Virus record (IMG/VR): IMGVR_UViG_3300045000_000060
Coordinates: 1 to 60,108 of that record
Direction: 5' to 3' (one strand)
Length of the DNA stretch: 60,108 nucleotides
Origin: a virus
Taxonomy: Duplodnaviria; Caudoviricetes
In this document: piece after piece, positions 18,256 to 26,531 of the stretch
Numbering within the stretch: the first letter of the stretch is position 1
Layout: the number at the start of each line of letters is the position of its first letter
Translations under genes and position numbers: made by a program
The notes under the pieces: generated by a model
Told to the model about the DNA's origin: nothing
The model's input: the letters and a program-made list of their open reading frames with translations, nothing else
The model's database searches: none

Positions 18256-18567
18256 ATGACAGAACAGCAAACAGATGGACCGATCCCGCGCGCAGTTCTT
18301 GACGCTGCACGGCGGCGTATGTGCCGGTCCTTAGCCGCCGTCATCGTGCAGGCCATGGCCGATACAGACACCAACTTCACGACGATGGCATTCCGCATCG
18401 GGCAGAAGGAGAGCACGGTTCGCAGGTGGCTCGAAAAGCTGATCGACGGCGAGGATGACGGTCTCGCCCTAAACAATCTCTCGGACATGACGCTTGCCAT
18501 GGGGTGTGAGATTGATTTCTCCGTCCGACCCAAAGAGGAAACTAAGGGCGCGTCACAAAACCTATGA
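18256..18567 (+). CDS. XRE-like HTH protein
   Basis: MAFRIGQKESTVRRWL...LNNLSDMTLAMG. Confidence 0.65.
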   Translation: MTEQQTDGPIPRAVLDAARRRMCRSLAAVIVQAMADTDTNFTTMAFRIGQKESTVRRWLEKLIDGEDDGLALNNLSDMTLAMGCEIDFSVRPKEETKGASQNL

Positions 18568-19559
18568 ACTACTACAACGAGATTGACCCTTATGCAGCGC
18601 AATGGCTCCGTAACCTCATCGACGCCGGACACATCGCCCGAGGCGACGTTGACGAGCGGAGCATCGCCGACGTGCAGCCAGGCGATCTCGCCAGCTACAC
18701 CCAATGTCATTTCTTCGCCGGCATCGGAGGATGGTCCCTCGCCCTGCGACTCGCCGGATGGCCTGATGCCCGAGCCGTCTGGACCGGCTCCTGTCCGTGT
18801 CAGCCGCTTTCGAGCGCGGGACAGCGCAAGGGCCATGCCGACCAACGACATCTCTGGCCCGCTTTTCACCGCCTCATCTCCGAGTGCTCGCCTTCAATTG
18901 TCTTTGGAGAGCAGGTTGCGAGCGCGGATGGGCGTGAATGGCTCGCCGGAGTACGCGCTGATCTGGAAGCATTGGGATATGCCTGCGGGGGTGCCGATCT
19001 GTGCGCTGCGGGCGTCGGCGCGCCCCACATCCGACAGCGCCTTTATTGGCTGGCCCACGCCGAACATGCCGAACGGCGGACGGTCAATAGCCCATGCGGA
19101 GATGCGTGGGCGCACGGCAATGCACAAAGGAAAGAAGGTCCAGGTCGGATTGGAGGCGGTATCGCGGATGGTCTTACTCGGCTGGGACACGCCGACATCG
19201 CCCGTCAACACCAACGGTCACCAAGCGGGCAACAATCGCTACGTGACCAACTCGCTGCGGGTCTTGAAGGGCTGGGCTACGCCGCGGGCGCGGGACCACA
19301 AGAACAACGGCGTGAGTATCGCCCGGGCGGCGAAAGGTGTGGCGGACTCGTTGGATTTGCAGTCGAAGCTGGTGTGCCTCAGTGGAATGGCCCGACCATC
19401 GCCGTTGAGTGCTCGGATGGATGGCGCCGCGTTTCCGCTCAACCCGATGCATTCCCTCTGGCTCATGGGGTACGGGCCAGAATGGGAAAGCTGCGCGGTG
19501 CAGGCAACGCGATCAATCCGCAACTCGCCGCCGAATTCATCAAAGCAGCCGTCGAATAA
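18564..19559 (+). CDS. C5-cytosine DNA methyltransferase 2 (alpha chain)
   Basis: FFAGIGG, TGSCPCQPLS, GEQV, PHIRQR, AGNAINP; paralogue of 16469. Confidence 0.92.
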   Translation: MNYYNEIDPYAAQWLRNLIDAGHIARGDVDERSIADVQPGDLASYTQCHFFAGIGGWSLALRLAGWPDARAVWTGSCPCQPLSSAGQRKGHADQRHLWPAFHRLISECSPSIVFGEQVASADGREWLAGVRADLEALGYACGGADLCAAGVGAPHIRQRLYWLAHAEHAERRTVNSPCGDAWAHGNAQRKEGPGRIGGGIADGLTRLGHADIARQHQRSPSGQQSLRDQLAAGLEGLGYAAGAGPQEQRREYRPGGERCGGLVGFAVEAGVPQWNGPTIAVECSDGWRRVSAQPDAFPLAHGVRARMGKLRGAGNAINPQLAAEFIKAAVE

Positions 19560-19575
19560 TGGCCAGCCGACCTAG
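18583..19575 (+). CDS. nested +1-frame ORF: putative methylase 2 beta chain
   Basis: 330 open codons; three GWxTP repeats; PLNPMHSLWLMGY. Confidence 0.7.
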   Translation: MTLMQRNGSVTSSTPDTSPEATLTSGASPTCSQAISPATPNVISSPASEDGPSPCDSPDGLMPEPSGPAPVRVSRFRARDSARAMPTNDISGPLFTASSPSARLQLSLESRLRARMGVNGSPEYALIWKHWDMPAGVPICALRASARPTSDSAFIGWPTPNMPNGGRSIAHAEMRGRTAMHKGKKVQVGLEAVSRMVLLGWDTPTSPVNTNGHQAGNNRYVTNSLRVLKGWATPRARDHKNNGVSIARAAKGVADSLDLQSKLVCLSGMARPSPLSARMDGAAFPLNPMHSLWLMGYGPEWESCAVQATRSIRNSPPNSSKQPSNNGQPT

Positions 19576-19911
19576 GAGGTCAACCAGATGTTTGATCGAT
19601 GCCCATGGTGCGGAGGGAATAACGCCGAAGGCCACTTCGTGACCTGTTGGTCCAACAACGAGGCACACAAGCGGGAAGCGGAAAGGCGTAAGCGCGATCC
19701 GGCGCCCGCTGATGGCCAGTTAGCGAAGGATTAAGGGCATGGAAGACCTTTTCGACGTGGCAATCTGGAATCACTACGGCGATGTGGTCAAAGCCTTCTG
19801 GGATGTCAGTGCCGACGAGGTGGACGAAATCCGCGCGCAGTATGAAGACGAGCCGGAGTTGGTCGTTGTCGTTACAGAGCGCTGAATCGCCAGTCACCGG
19901 GAGAACAAAAC

Positions 19912-20220
19912 ATGATGCCAGGACGAATACCCAATGCGACACGCCGTTTAGGAGCGCCGGCTGATTGGGATAAAGGAAAGCAAGGCGCGTGTGTTGGTCT
20001 CGCAATCCGCGACGACACGACCACGGCTGGCCCCGGGATGACGAGCGTATGGCACCCGACGCCAGAAGAACTGGAACGACTTAAGGCCGGCGCAGGCGTG
20101 TATCTGACGGTGCTCGGGATGATTCATCCGCCCATCTCAATGTCGGTCGGCAGCGCCCCGGATGAACAGCGCGGGCCGCCGCGCCCGAGCGCGCCGCCAT
20201 CGCATCACCCGGTTGGATAA
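19912..20220 (+). CDS. hypothetical phage protein
   Basis: APADWD...W.PTPEELERLKAG...HPP. Confidence 0.75.
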   Translation: MMPGRIPNATRRLGAPADWDKGKQGACVGLAIRDDTTTAGPGMTSVWHPTPEELERLKAGAGVYLTVLGMIHPPISMSVGSAPDEQRGPPRPSAPPSHHPVG

Positions 20221-20257
20221 CCGTCGCTGTGAACCCGACCAAACAGGAAAGCGCGCA

Positions 20258-20446
20258 ATGACGGACGGCGGCACGATCATGGGCTACATCCTCGGAATGC
20301 TTGGCGGTCTCGCGCTTGTCATTCTCGGACTCGGCCTCATCGCTTTCTGGGTTATCGGGACATGGATGAACTCGGTGCCCTATCTCAGCGCGGGCATCGC
20401 GTGCATCTGTGTCGGCGGTTACATCTTTTGGTATTTCGCGCGCTGA
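20258..20446 (+). CDS. small two-TM membrane protein
   Basis: two hydrophobic helices. Confidence 0.6.
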   Translation: MTDGGTIMGYILGMLGGLALVILGLGLIAFWVIGTWMNSVPYLSAGIACICVGGYIFWYFAR

Positions 20447-20476
20447 GAACCCGTCAGCGAAAGGAAATCAAACACT

Positions 20477-20698
20477 ATGATCGAGCGCTGCTACAAACGG
20501 TTTGGTCGGAACCTCCGCAACGTGCGGCTGGCTTGCGGTCTCTCACACCAGAAGCTTGCCGACCGCGTGGGCCTCGACCGCACGTCCATCGTTAATATTG
20601 AAGCCGGGCGGCAACGCATTCTCCTTAACGATATCCAGCGCTTCGCTGTCGCACTGCGGACAGATCGTAAATTTCTCCTAAAGGAGATCTGGTCATGA
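20477..20698 (+). CDS. XRE-family HTH regulator
   Basis: GRNLRNVR...GLSHQKLADRVGLDRTSIVNIEAGRQ. Confidence 0.88.
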   Translation: MIERCYKRFGRNLRNVRLACGLSHQKLADRVGLDRTSIVNIEAGRQRILLNDIQRFAVALRTDRKFLLKEIWS

Positions 20699-21081
20699 AA
20701 CTTCCAGACCCGGCAACGGTTAAACCGGCCGAATTAACCCAGGCGCTCACCGAGGTTGCGGAGGAAATGATTGCGCTCGATGGTGACCGCGACGACATGA
20801 ATCGAAGCGACCTGACGGTCGATATGACGATCAGGGCCGCAAAGCTCATGCTGGTAGCCGCGCTCATGATCGGTTCGGCTGCGCAGGCTTCGCAGAACGA
20901 ATGGCATCGCTGGTTCGCTTGGTATCCGGTCGAGGTCGACGCCTATGAGGTCAGCGAGATTCGCAACGGCAAGATGAGCTACCAAGTGTGGTGGGCCTGG
21001 GTCGACTACCGCTGGCACGAGTGGCAGGAAGTTGAGAACGACCGCGAATGGCACGGCTGGCGATACCGAATCGCGCGCTAA
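20695..21081 (+). CDS. hypothetical protein (Trp-rich C-terminus)
   Basis: coupled; WHRWFAWYPV. Confidence 0.65.
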   Translation: MKLPDPATVKPAELTQALTEVAEEMIALDGDRDDMNRSDLTVDMTIRAAKLMLVAALMIGSAAQASQNEWHRWFAWYPVEVDAYEVSEIRNGKMSYQVWWAWVDYRWHEWQEVENDREWHGWRYRIAR

Positions 21082-21134
21082 CTTCCTACGAGCATAAAGT
21101 ATCCAGAAATCGCGTCAGCACAAGGAATTGGCTC

Positions 21135-21329
21135 ATGTCAGATCAACACAGGCTTACCGATGGAACGCTGAAGCGACAGGAGGATGGGATTGTCGCCCGT
21201 TGTGCGTGCGGATGGATTTCGCGCGGACATTTTTCGTCCCTCGCCGCGTCGGCAGCATTTATCGACCACCAGGATGCGCATCAAGCCGACGTTCCGCATA
21301 GAGGAAAAACAGGACAGTGGATGAAATGA
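21135..21329 (+). CDS. small Zn-binding protein
   Basis: H...ARCACGW...H. Confidence 0.6.
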   Translation: MSDQHRLTDGTLKRQEDGIVARCACGWISRGHFSSLAASAAFIDHQDAHQADVPHRGKTGQWMK

Positions 21330-21373
21330 AACGTGATTAGCCGTGGCAACCAAAATGGTTTACAGTCCGAAAC

Positions 21374-21586
21374 ATGAAAGTTCTGACCGAATCCGACGTG
21401 CGGAAAATGCTCGCTGCGGCGGTAGCCAAGGCGGGGGGCGCCAGAGCTTTCGGGAGGGGTTGCGGGGTCAGCCACACCCATGTTGGCCGCGTATTGGCCG
21501 GGGAAAAGCTGAGCCCCGCGATCCTGAATGCTCTCAGGCTTGAAGTGGCGTCGACCGAGACGCTGTACCGGAGGAAGCGGAAATGA
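21374..21586 (+). CDS. Cro-like HTH protein
   Basis: AGGARAFGRGCGVSHTHVGRVLAG. Confidence 0.7.
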   Translation: MKVLTESDVRKMLAAAVAKAGGARAFGRGCGVSHTHVGRVLAGEKLSPAILNALRLEVASTETLYRRKRK

Positions 21587-21882
21587 GGAGCCACACCGTT
21601 ACGGTCCGAGAGGGCACGGACATGGGTCCCGTCGATTGGGAGCACCCGTCCGCCAAGGACAAGCCGCAAATCTGGCGCGAGGCTGAGAAGAATGTGAGCA
21701 GCTTTCTTTTCAACGGCCGTCAGCTCCTCGCCATGCGCATGTACGACGGCTGGCCGTATTGGAAGCCGACGCCTGCGGTCTACTTTGTCGGCCCGCTGAA
21801 CAGCGGGGAATGGGCGCACTTCAACAGCTATGGCGCGCACGGAAACAGCATCACCAGGAAACCAGAAGGAGCCACCCCATGA
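21583..21882 (+). CDS. hypothetical protein
   Basis: coupled overlaps. Confidence 0.65.
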   Translation: MRSHTVTVREGTDMGPVDWEHPSAKDKPQIWREAEKNVSSFLFNGRQLLAMRMYDGWPYWKPTPAVYFVGPLNSGEWAHFNSYGAHGNSITRKPEGATP

Positions 21883-22022
21883 GCCGCAAGCCCAACCCCG
21901 TCCCCATCGAGGCGCACGTCGACGACGACAAGGCGCAAGCCCGTACCGACCTCGCCACCTTCCGGCAGGCCGAGAACAAGCCCGATGTCGTCAAGCCGCC
22001 GACCGAAGGCAAGGCGAACTAG
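21879..22022 (+). CDS. hypothetical protein
   Basis: RBS AAGGAG; coupled. Confidence 0.5.
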   Translation: MSRKPNPVPIEAHVDDDKAQARTDLATFRQAENKPDVVKPPTEGKAN

Positions 22023-22259
22023 ACACCAGACGGGCGCGCCGGGCGTCCTCCAGCGTCGGCTTTAGGCGCACCCGGTATTTCCATCGCCCGCGTGTTGGGC
22101 ACGAAGAAGAAGGAGGACGAGGAATGATGAAGGACCGAACCGCCGATTTGCTCGGCATCCTTGTCGGGGGTGCGCTGGGACTTCTTTTAGTCGCGGCATT
22201 TCTTGGCGGCCTGCGGGCGTTCTTCGGCGGATAGAGGCAAAGCAAAGAAAGGAAATGCC

Positions 22260-22469
22260 ATGCTCACGATGGACGACATGGCGGCGATCGTAAAGCCGCA
22301 CAATGACAAGCTGATCGCGGAAGGGCGGCTTGCCGAAGCTGAGCGGCAGAACACCGCTCTCCGAAAAACTCTCGGCGAGATCGCTAGGTTGCAACTGGTC
22401 TCAGATGACAACGCCAATCGCATCACGCTGCACGCAGCCATCGAGATCGCGAAGGTGGGCCTTGAGTAA
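22260..22469 (+). CDS. hypothetical protein
   Basis: RBS AAGGA. Confidence 0.55.
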   Translation: MLTMDDMAAIVKPHNDKLIAEGRLAEAERQNTALRKTLGEIARLQLVSDDNANRITLHAAIEIAKVGLE

Positions 22470-22496
22470 TGATGCGCTGACCGCAGGGCATTGAAC

Positions 22497-22697
22497 ATGG
22501 CAAAAACGATCAAGCTTGATCTAATAGACCGCCTTCGTGGCATTCACAGCGCGCTTGACGATGCGCTCGGCGATTCGGACATCGAGTACATGAGCGAGGA
22601 TGAATTGCGGGATGCGCAGCCTGTTCAGTGGGCGGCGATGCAGCTCGCCGAAATCATCGACGAGTTCGGCGACAAAACAGGTCTACCATATCGATAG
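22497..22697 (+). CDS. hypothetical acidic protein
   Basis: plausible composition, in operon. Confidence 0.55.
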   Translation: MAKTIKLDLIDRLRGIHSALDDALGDSDIEYMSEDELRDAQPVQWAAMQLAEIIDEFGDKTGLPYR

Positions 22698-22727
22698 ATG
22701 ATCAATGATGGCGAGACAGCAAAGGAG

Positions 22728-22953
22728 ATGAATTTTGCGGAGCGGCGGCGTGGAAAGCAGACACGCATCGGAACCGCCGAGAAGCTGGGCCATAAGCCGA
22801 AGAGGGTGGCCGCGCTCGCGACGAAGACCACTGCACGGGCTCACCCGGAGGGTAGTGGGATGCTTGAGGCGGACCGTGAGCGGCGAGCTGATGGCTTCGA
22901 GCAAATGCCAGCTTCGAGCAGGGATAGCGTCCTGCCCGCTCCGCAAAGTTCAT
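22728..22953 (+). ncRNA. candidate tRNA-shaped structured RNA
   Basis: 18-bp terminal helix, D-like and T-like arms, multi-hairpin insert. Confidence 0.6.
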
Positions 22954-22980
22954 TCACATTCGACGAACGCGAGGAAAGCC

Positions 22981-23175
22981 ATGGTCGTAGGGATCAAGAT
23001 AAAGCCGCGTGAGTACGAATATCAGGTCATCCAAGATGGCGTCGTCGTGGCAAGCGCATGGGGGCTGGACGAACGGCGGGTACTTGCCGAAGCCTCGCAC
23101 TACGCCGCGCAATACGCCCAGGATGGCCCGGTAGAGCTGCGCATCAAACCAGATCGCCGGAAACGTAAACGTTAA
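22981..23175 (+). CDS. hypothetical protein
   Basis: RBS GAGGA; HYAAQYAQDGPV. Confidence 0.65.
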   Translation: MVVGIKIKPREYEYQVIQDGVVVASAWGLDERRVLAEASHYAAQYAQDGPVELRIKPDRRKRKR

Positions 23176-23200
23176 GTGTCATCACAACTGGGAGCAGAAT

Positions 23201-23431
23201 ATGACCGACCGCGCAGAGCTTGGAGTAGACGGAAATTGCGGCTTCGCTCTCTTGGGAGAGAACATCCAGGAAGGGGAAGCCGAGTTCGAGGAATTTGCGG
23301 GCGACGTTCGCACGTCTGAGGGCACGCGGCAGGCGAAGCTTGCCATCAATCGCGCCTTCCAACGGCTAAAAGCTCGCGTGGGCCGACCGATTTCCTACTA
23401 CATCGGGCCGAGCCATCCCGACCACTGCTGA
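23201..23431 (+). CDS. hypothetical protein
   Basis: RBS GGAG; DGN..FALLGENIQEG. Confidence 0.65.
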   Translation: MTDRAELGVDGNCGFALLGENIQEGEAEFEEFAGDVRTSEGTRQAKLAINRAFQRLKARVGRPISYYIGPSHPDHC

Positions 23432-23465
23432 TAAAGTTTGTTGGTATCAAATCGGAGAACAATCA

Positions 23466-23711
23466 ATGACCCCTATTGAATCCCTTCGGAAGCTGCCGTT
23501 TGGCACGGCGGGAGAGATCTTGAACCAGCTCGCGGCCGATGGCTTTGCGATAGTTCCTCGCGAGCCTACCGACGAAATGCTCAACGCCGCGCAATCTCGT
23601 CTATGCGAGATCGAAAACTTCACCAATTTTGTCGACTACAATCAAGCCGAGATGTTCAAGGCCATGGTGACTTCGGCGAGCGAGCCCAAGCGATACCTGA
23701 CCGAAGGATAA
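23466..23711 (+). CDS. hypothetical phage protein
   Basis: IVPREPTDEML..A...FKAMV motif. Confidence 0.7.
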   Translation: MTPIESLRKLPFGTAGEILNQLAADGFAIVPREPTDEMLNAAQSRLCEIENFTNFVDYNQAEMFKAMVTSASEPKRYLTEG

Positions 23712-23878
23712 GGCGCATTCACGATGACGGACTGGATCGATTGCGGCTGGATCTTACATGGCGACCGCACCGGCGGTTTCCGGGCCACGGTCGTCTGGTA
23801 CGGGATGCCCGGCGGCCCGAGCTACTCGGTGATGATGATCTTTACGCGCATTTACGGTGAGACAGTGGGAGAATCGAA

Positions 23879-24133
23879 ATGAGCGCGCTTGACCTGATAC
23901 AGACCATCGGGCGGGCGAGAGCGGGAACGCGCATGCTGGTCATTGACGCATTCGATGCGGTCAAGGCTGGCGAGGGCGGCCCGGTCCACCTTCCGCACGG
24001 AACGAAGCTAGAGATCATCGGGGCAAACGGCACGAGCCTAACGGCTGTGGCGGCGCTCGGTGATGGGCTGGCACGCATCTATCTTTTCGTCGAGCAATAT
24101 CCGAGCCTGGCGATTGAGGCGAGTGCTACCTGA
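23879..24133 (+). CDS. hypothetical protein
   Basis: RBS GGAG. Confidence 0.55.
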   Translation: MSALDLIQTIGRARAGTRMLVIDAFDAVKAGEGGPVHLPHGTKLEIIGANGTSLTAVAALGDGLARIYLFVEQYPSLAIEASAT

Positions 24134-24150
24134 ACAACGCGAGGAATCAG

Positions 24151-24414
24151 ATGCTCGATAGCAAGCTCACAGAGCTAGAGGCGTTTCTCCGGGAGCACGT
24201 CGATGATGACGACGCTAACACGGTCAAGGAGGCAATGGCCGAGATCGAGCGGCTGCGGCGTCGCGTGCAAGCTCTTGAGCATCTAATTGTGGAGGAATGC
24301 GATCCGCACGACATGGCGGATATTCCCAACGCCATGCTGGCGCAGACGGCACGCGATGCGGTTGCGAGACGCGCTACCGAGGCGTTCAGCGATGAGCAGA
24401 AAGCGAACCCATGA
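24151..24414 (+). CDS. hypothetical coiled-coil protein
   Basis: RBS GAGG; EAMAEIERLR. Confidence 0.6.
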   Translation: MLDSKLTELEAFLREHVDDDDANTVKEAMAEIERLRRRVQALEHLIVEECDPHDMADIPNAMLAQTARDAVARRATEAFSDEQKANP

Positions 24415-24744
24415 TGGCACGGATCGCCTACGAGCTTAGAGCGTCGCTTTGCGAGTTGCTGATCTCGTGGGCTCTGAAAGTGTGCCCGAAGGGCTATGTG
24501 CCATCAACCGTGGAGGCCTGCGTTAAGTTCTATAAACGCGGCCTCAAAGAGGCGAGTGCTAAACCATCATGAAACCGCTCAAGGAATGGACCGACGACGA
24601 GCTATCCACGAAGCTGGCGCTTTTGCATGGGCGTCATGGCTATCTCGACGATGCGGATTACAATCTAGCCCGCGACATCACGCGGGAGCAGCGCCTGCGG
24701 TACGTGGCACGGCTTTCGCCCTCCTATGGCCAATAGGTGACTAC

Positions 24745-24966
24745 ATGATCGAGGCAACGCGAGCGCTTGGGGTTTGGCTTGAGGCGAACGGCATCGACCC
24801 CAGGAAGGTGTCAATGACCCTCAGCGCCGACCCTGTAACGGCCGACAGGATCGGCCGCGCCATCGGTCAGATACATGACGCTCTTGTGTTCGGGGCGCCG
24901 ACCGCCGCCGGGCCGATACGGGAGGGGATTTTTCACGACATTCCGTTTCGGGTTGCCGATAGATGA
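24745..24966 (+). CDS. hypothetical protein
   Basis: RBS AGGTG. Confidence 0.55.
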   Translation: MIEATRALGVWLEANGIDPRKVSMTLSADPVTADRIGRAIGQIHDALVFGAPTAAGPIREGIFHDIPFRVADR

Positions 24967-24982
24967 TCACAGCGAGGAATAC

Positions 24983-25195
24983 ATGGCCGGCATAACCGAG
25001 ATGGTCTACGCGGACGCGCTTCGCGAGGCTAAGGCCGAGATCAGGCGCCTTCGGGCAGCATTGACCGAGTGTGCTGCCGAGTATCGTTCGCCACCCTGCA
25101 CTCTTGGAAGTGCCATGGGCTTTGTAGGAGCCGAGTTTAAGCGGCGGATGGAAGTCGCCCGCGATGCGCTCAACGTCAAGAGGTCAGCGACATGA
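24983..25195 (+). CDS. hypothetical protein
   Basis: RBS GAGG; EAKAEIRRLR. Confidence 0.6.
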   Translation: MAGITEMVYADALREAKAEIRRLRAALTECAAEYRSPPCTLGSAMGFVGAEFKRRMEVARDALNVKRSAT

Positions 25196-25440
25196 ATGAG
25201 ACGACCAACATCCGCCGGGAGCGCATCGAGAAGCTGCTTCACCAACTTCGCTATGAGATCGAGCGCGGAATGCTAGAGCGTGAGATCGGCGAGGAAATGA
25301 CGTTTAGGTTCGTGGTGCCCCTCTCCCAGAAGATCCCGGATGGCGTGGTGTTCTGCCAATTCAGCACCCGACCGTGCTTTCGACATGACGCGCTCGGATA
25401 CGAAGTCGATCTTGAGCCGCGCCTGCGATTGGTGAAGTGA
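25192..25440 (+). CDS. hypothetical protein
   Basis: coupled; ends PRLRLVK. Confidence 0.65.
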   Translation: MNETTNIRRERIEKLLHQLRYEIERGMLEREIGEEMTFRFVVPLSQKIPDGVVFCQFSTRPCFRHDALGYEVDLEPRLRLVK

Positions 25441-25446
25441 CGCTGG

Positions 25447-25755
25447 ATGACTGAAATGAAAACCATTGGCACCATCGCCCTACTATTAATGCTTTCCGGT
25501 TGCGGAGAAGATCGCCCTCGATATGGTTTCGAGTTCGTCATCTACTGCGGCGACGTTACAATGAGCTACATATCTGACAAAGACGGGCGGGTAAAAAGTC
25601 TCTTACCGCAAATATATTCCCGTGTGTTCTTCTCCTATGGAGGCGGGATGTTCCAAAACGGAATCCCGGTCCCGCTCGAATTGCGGGAAGACTGCCGCAT
25701 CCTGCGAGGTGGCCCGACAATCTGGGTGAACGGCTTTCCGTCCCCTGATGCCTAA
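25447..25755 (+). CDS. lipoprotein
   Basis: lipobox LSGC after a hydrophobic stretch. Confidence 0.65.
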   Translation: MTEMKTIGTIALLLMLSGCGEDRPRYGFEFVIYCGDVTMSYISDKDGRVKSLLPQIYSRVFFSYGGGMFQNGIPVPLELREDCRILRGGPTIWVNGFPSPDA

Positions 25756-26464
25756 ACAGATGAAAGATACCTACATGAACATTTCTCGCAGAGCCGCACT
25801 CGCGCAGATCACCGCGGCCGCGGCGCTTATTAATGGCGCGGCTGCGGCGGAATCTCCCGGCAACAAGCTGGTGATCACCGGCCACCGCGGCAACATCGGA
25901 TCTCGTTTCGTGCCCTACTACAAGGAGCGCGGCTACGACGTGGTGGGGATCGACAAGAAGGACGGCACGGAATCCGATCTGGCGATGCGCGGGGCCTGGG
26001 AAGCCTCACTGGCGGGGGCCGTCGCGATCCTTCATCTCGCGGGCGTCGGCACGCAGGACGCCTCGCAAGCTGACGTGAACCGGGACAACATCCTCGCGAC
26101 GCAAAACTTGCTCCGGGCGGCAAGCGCGGCTGATGTCGGGCGAATCATCTTCACAAGTTCGTGCTGGGTACGGCCCGCACACTACCGGGAAGACAACACC
26201 TCCGAATTGCCGGATCGGCCTTACGGCTGGGCGAAGGTCGCCAATGAACGCGCGGTGACAGAGTGGGTATTGGAGCGCCTAGAGCGTCGTGCCTTCATCA
26301 TCCGGGTCGGCTGGGCGCCACGTGAAGGAGTGCCTAGGCCGGAAGGTTGGGCGAGCAGGCTCTACAATTCGACCAACCATTTGGCGGATTATTTCAATCA
26401 CGCGCTAACCCATCAGACGGCGCAGTATTATTGCGTGGACATGGCGCAGCCGAAGGCTACATGA
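25748..26464 (+). CDS. NAD-dependent epimerase/dehydratase (extended SDR) with Tat-like leader
   Basis: VITGHRGNIG, ILHLAG, IIFTSS, YGWAK; SRRAAL leader. Confidence 0.85.
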   Translation: MPKQMKDTYMNISRRAALAQITAAAALINGAAAAESPGNKLVITGHRGNIGSRFVPYYKERGYDVVGIDKKDGTESDLAMRGAWEASLAGAVAILHLAGVGTQDASQADVNRDNILATQNLLRAASAADVGRIIFTSSCWVRPAHYREDNTSELPDRPYGWAKVANERAVTEWVLERLERRAFIIRVGWAPREGVPRPEGWASRLYNSTNHLADYFNHALTHQTAQYYCVDMAQPKAT

Positions 26465-26531
26465 GGCTGCGCGACGAAACCTAACCTGCGCCTCGAATCC
26501 AGCCTGTCCCCCTGCCCCGCCGCCCGCTACA

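Noticed and set aside
16469-19575. methylases as frameshifted pseudogenes or sequencing errors
   Set aside because: Both frames are open end to end in two diverged paralogues, and motif X returns in the first frame.
22698-23012. 104-aa ORF
   Set aside because: No motifs; it coincides with the structured RNA and overlaps the RBS-supported 22981 gene. Not fully excluded.
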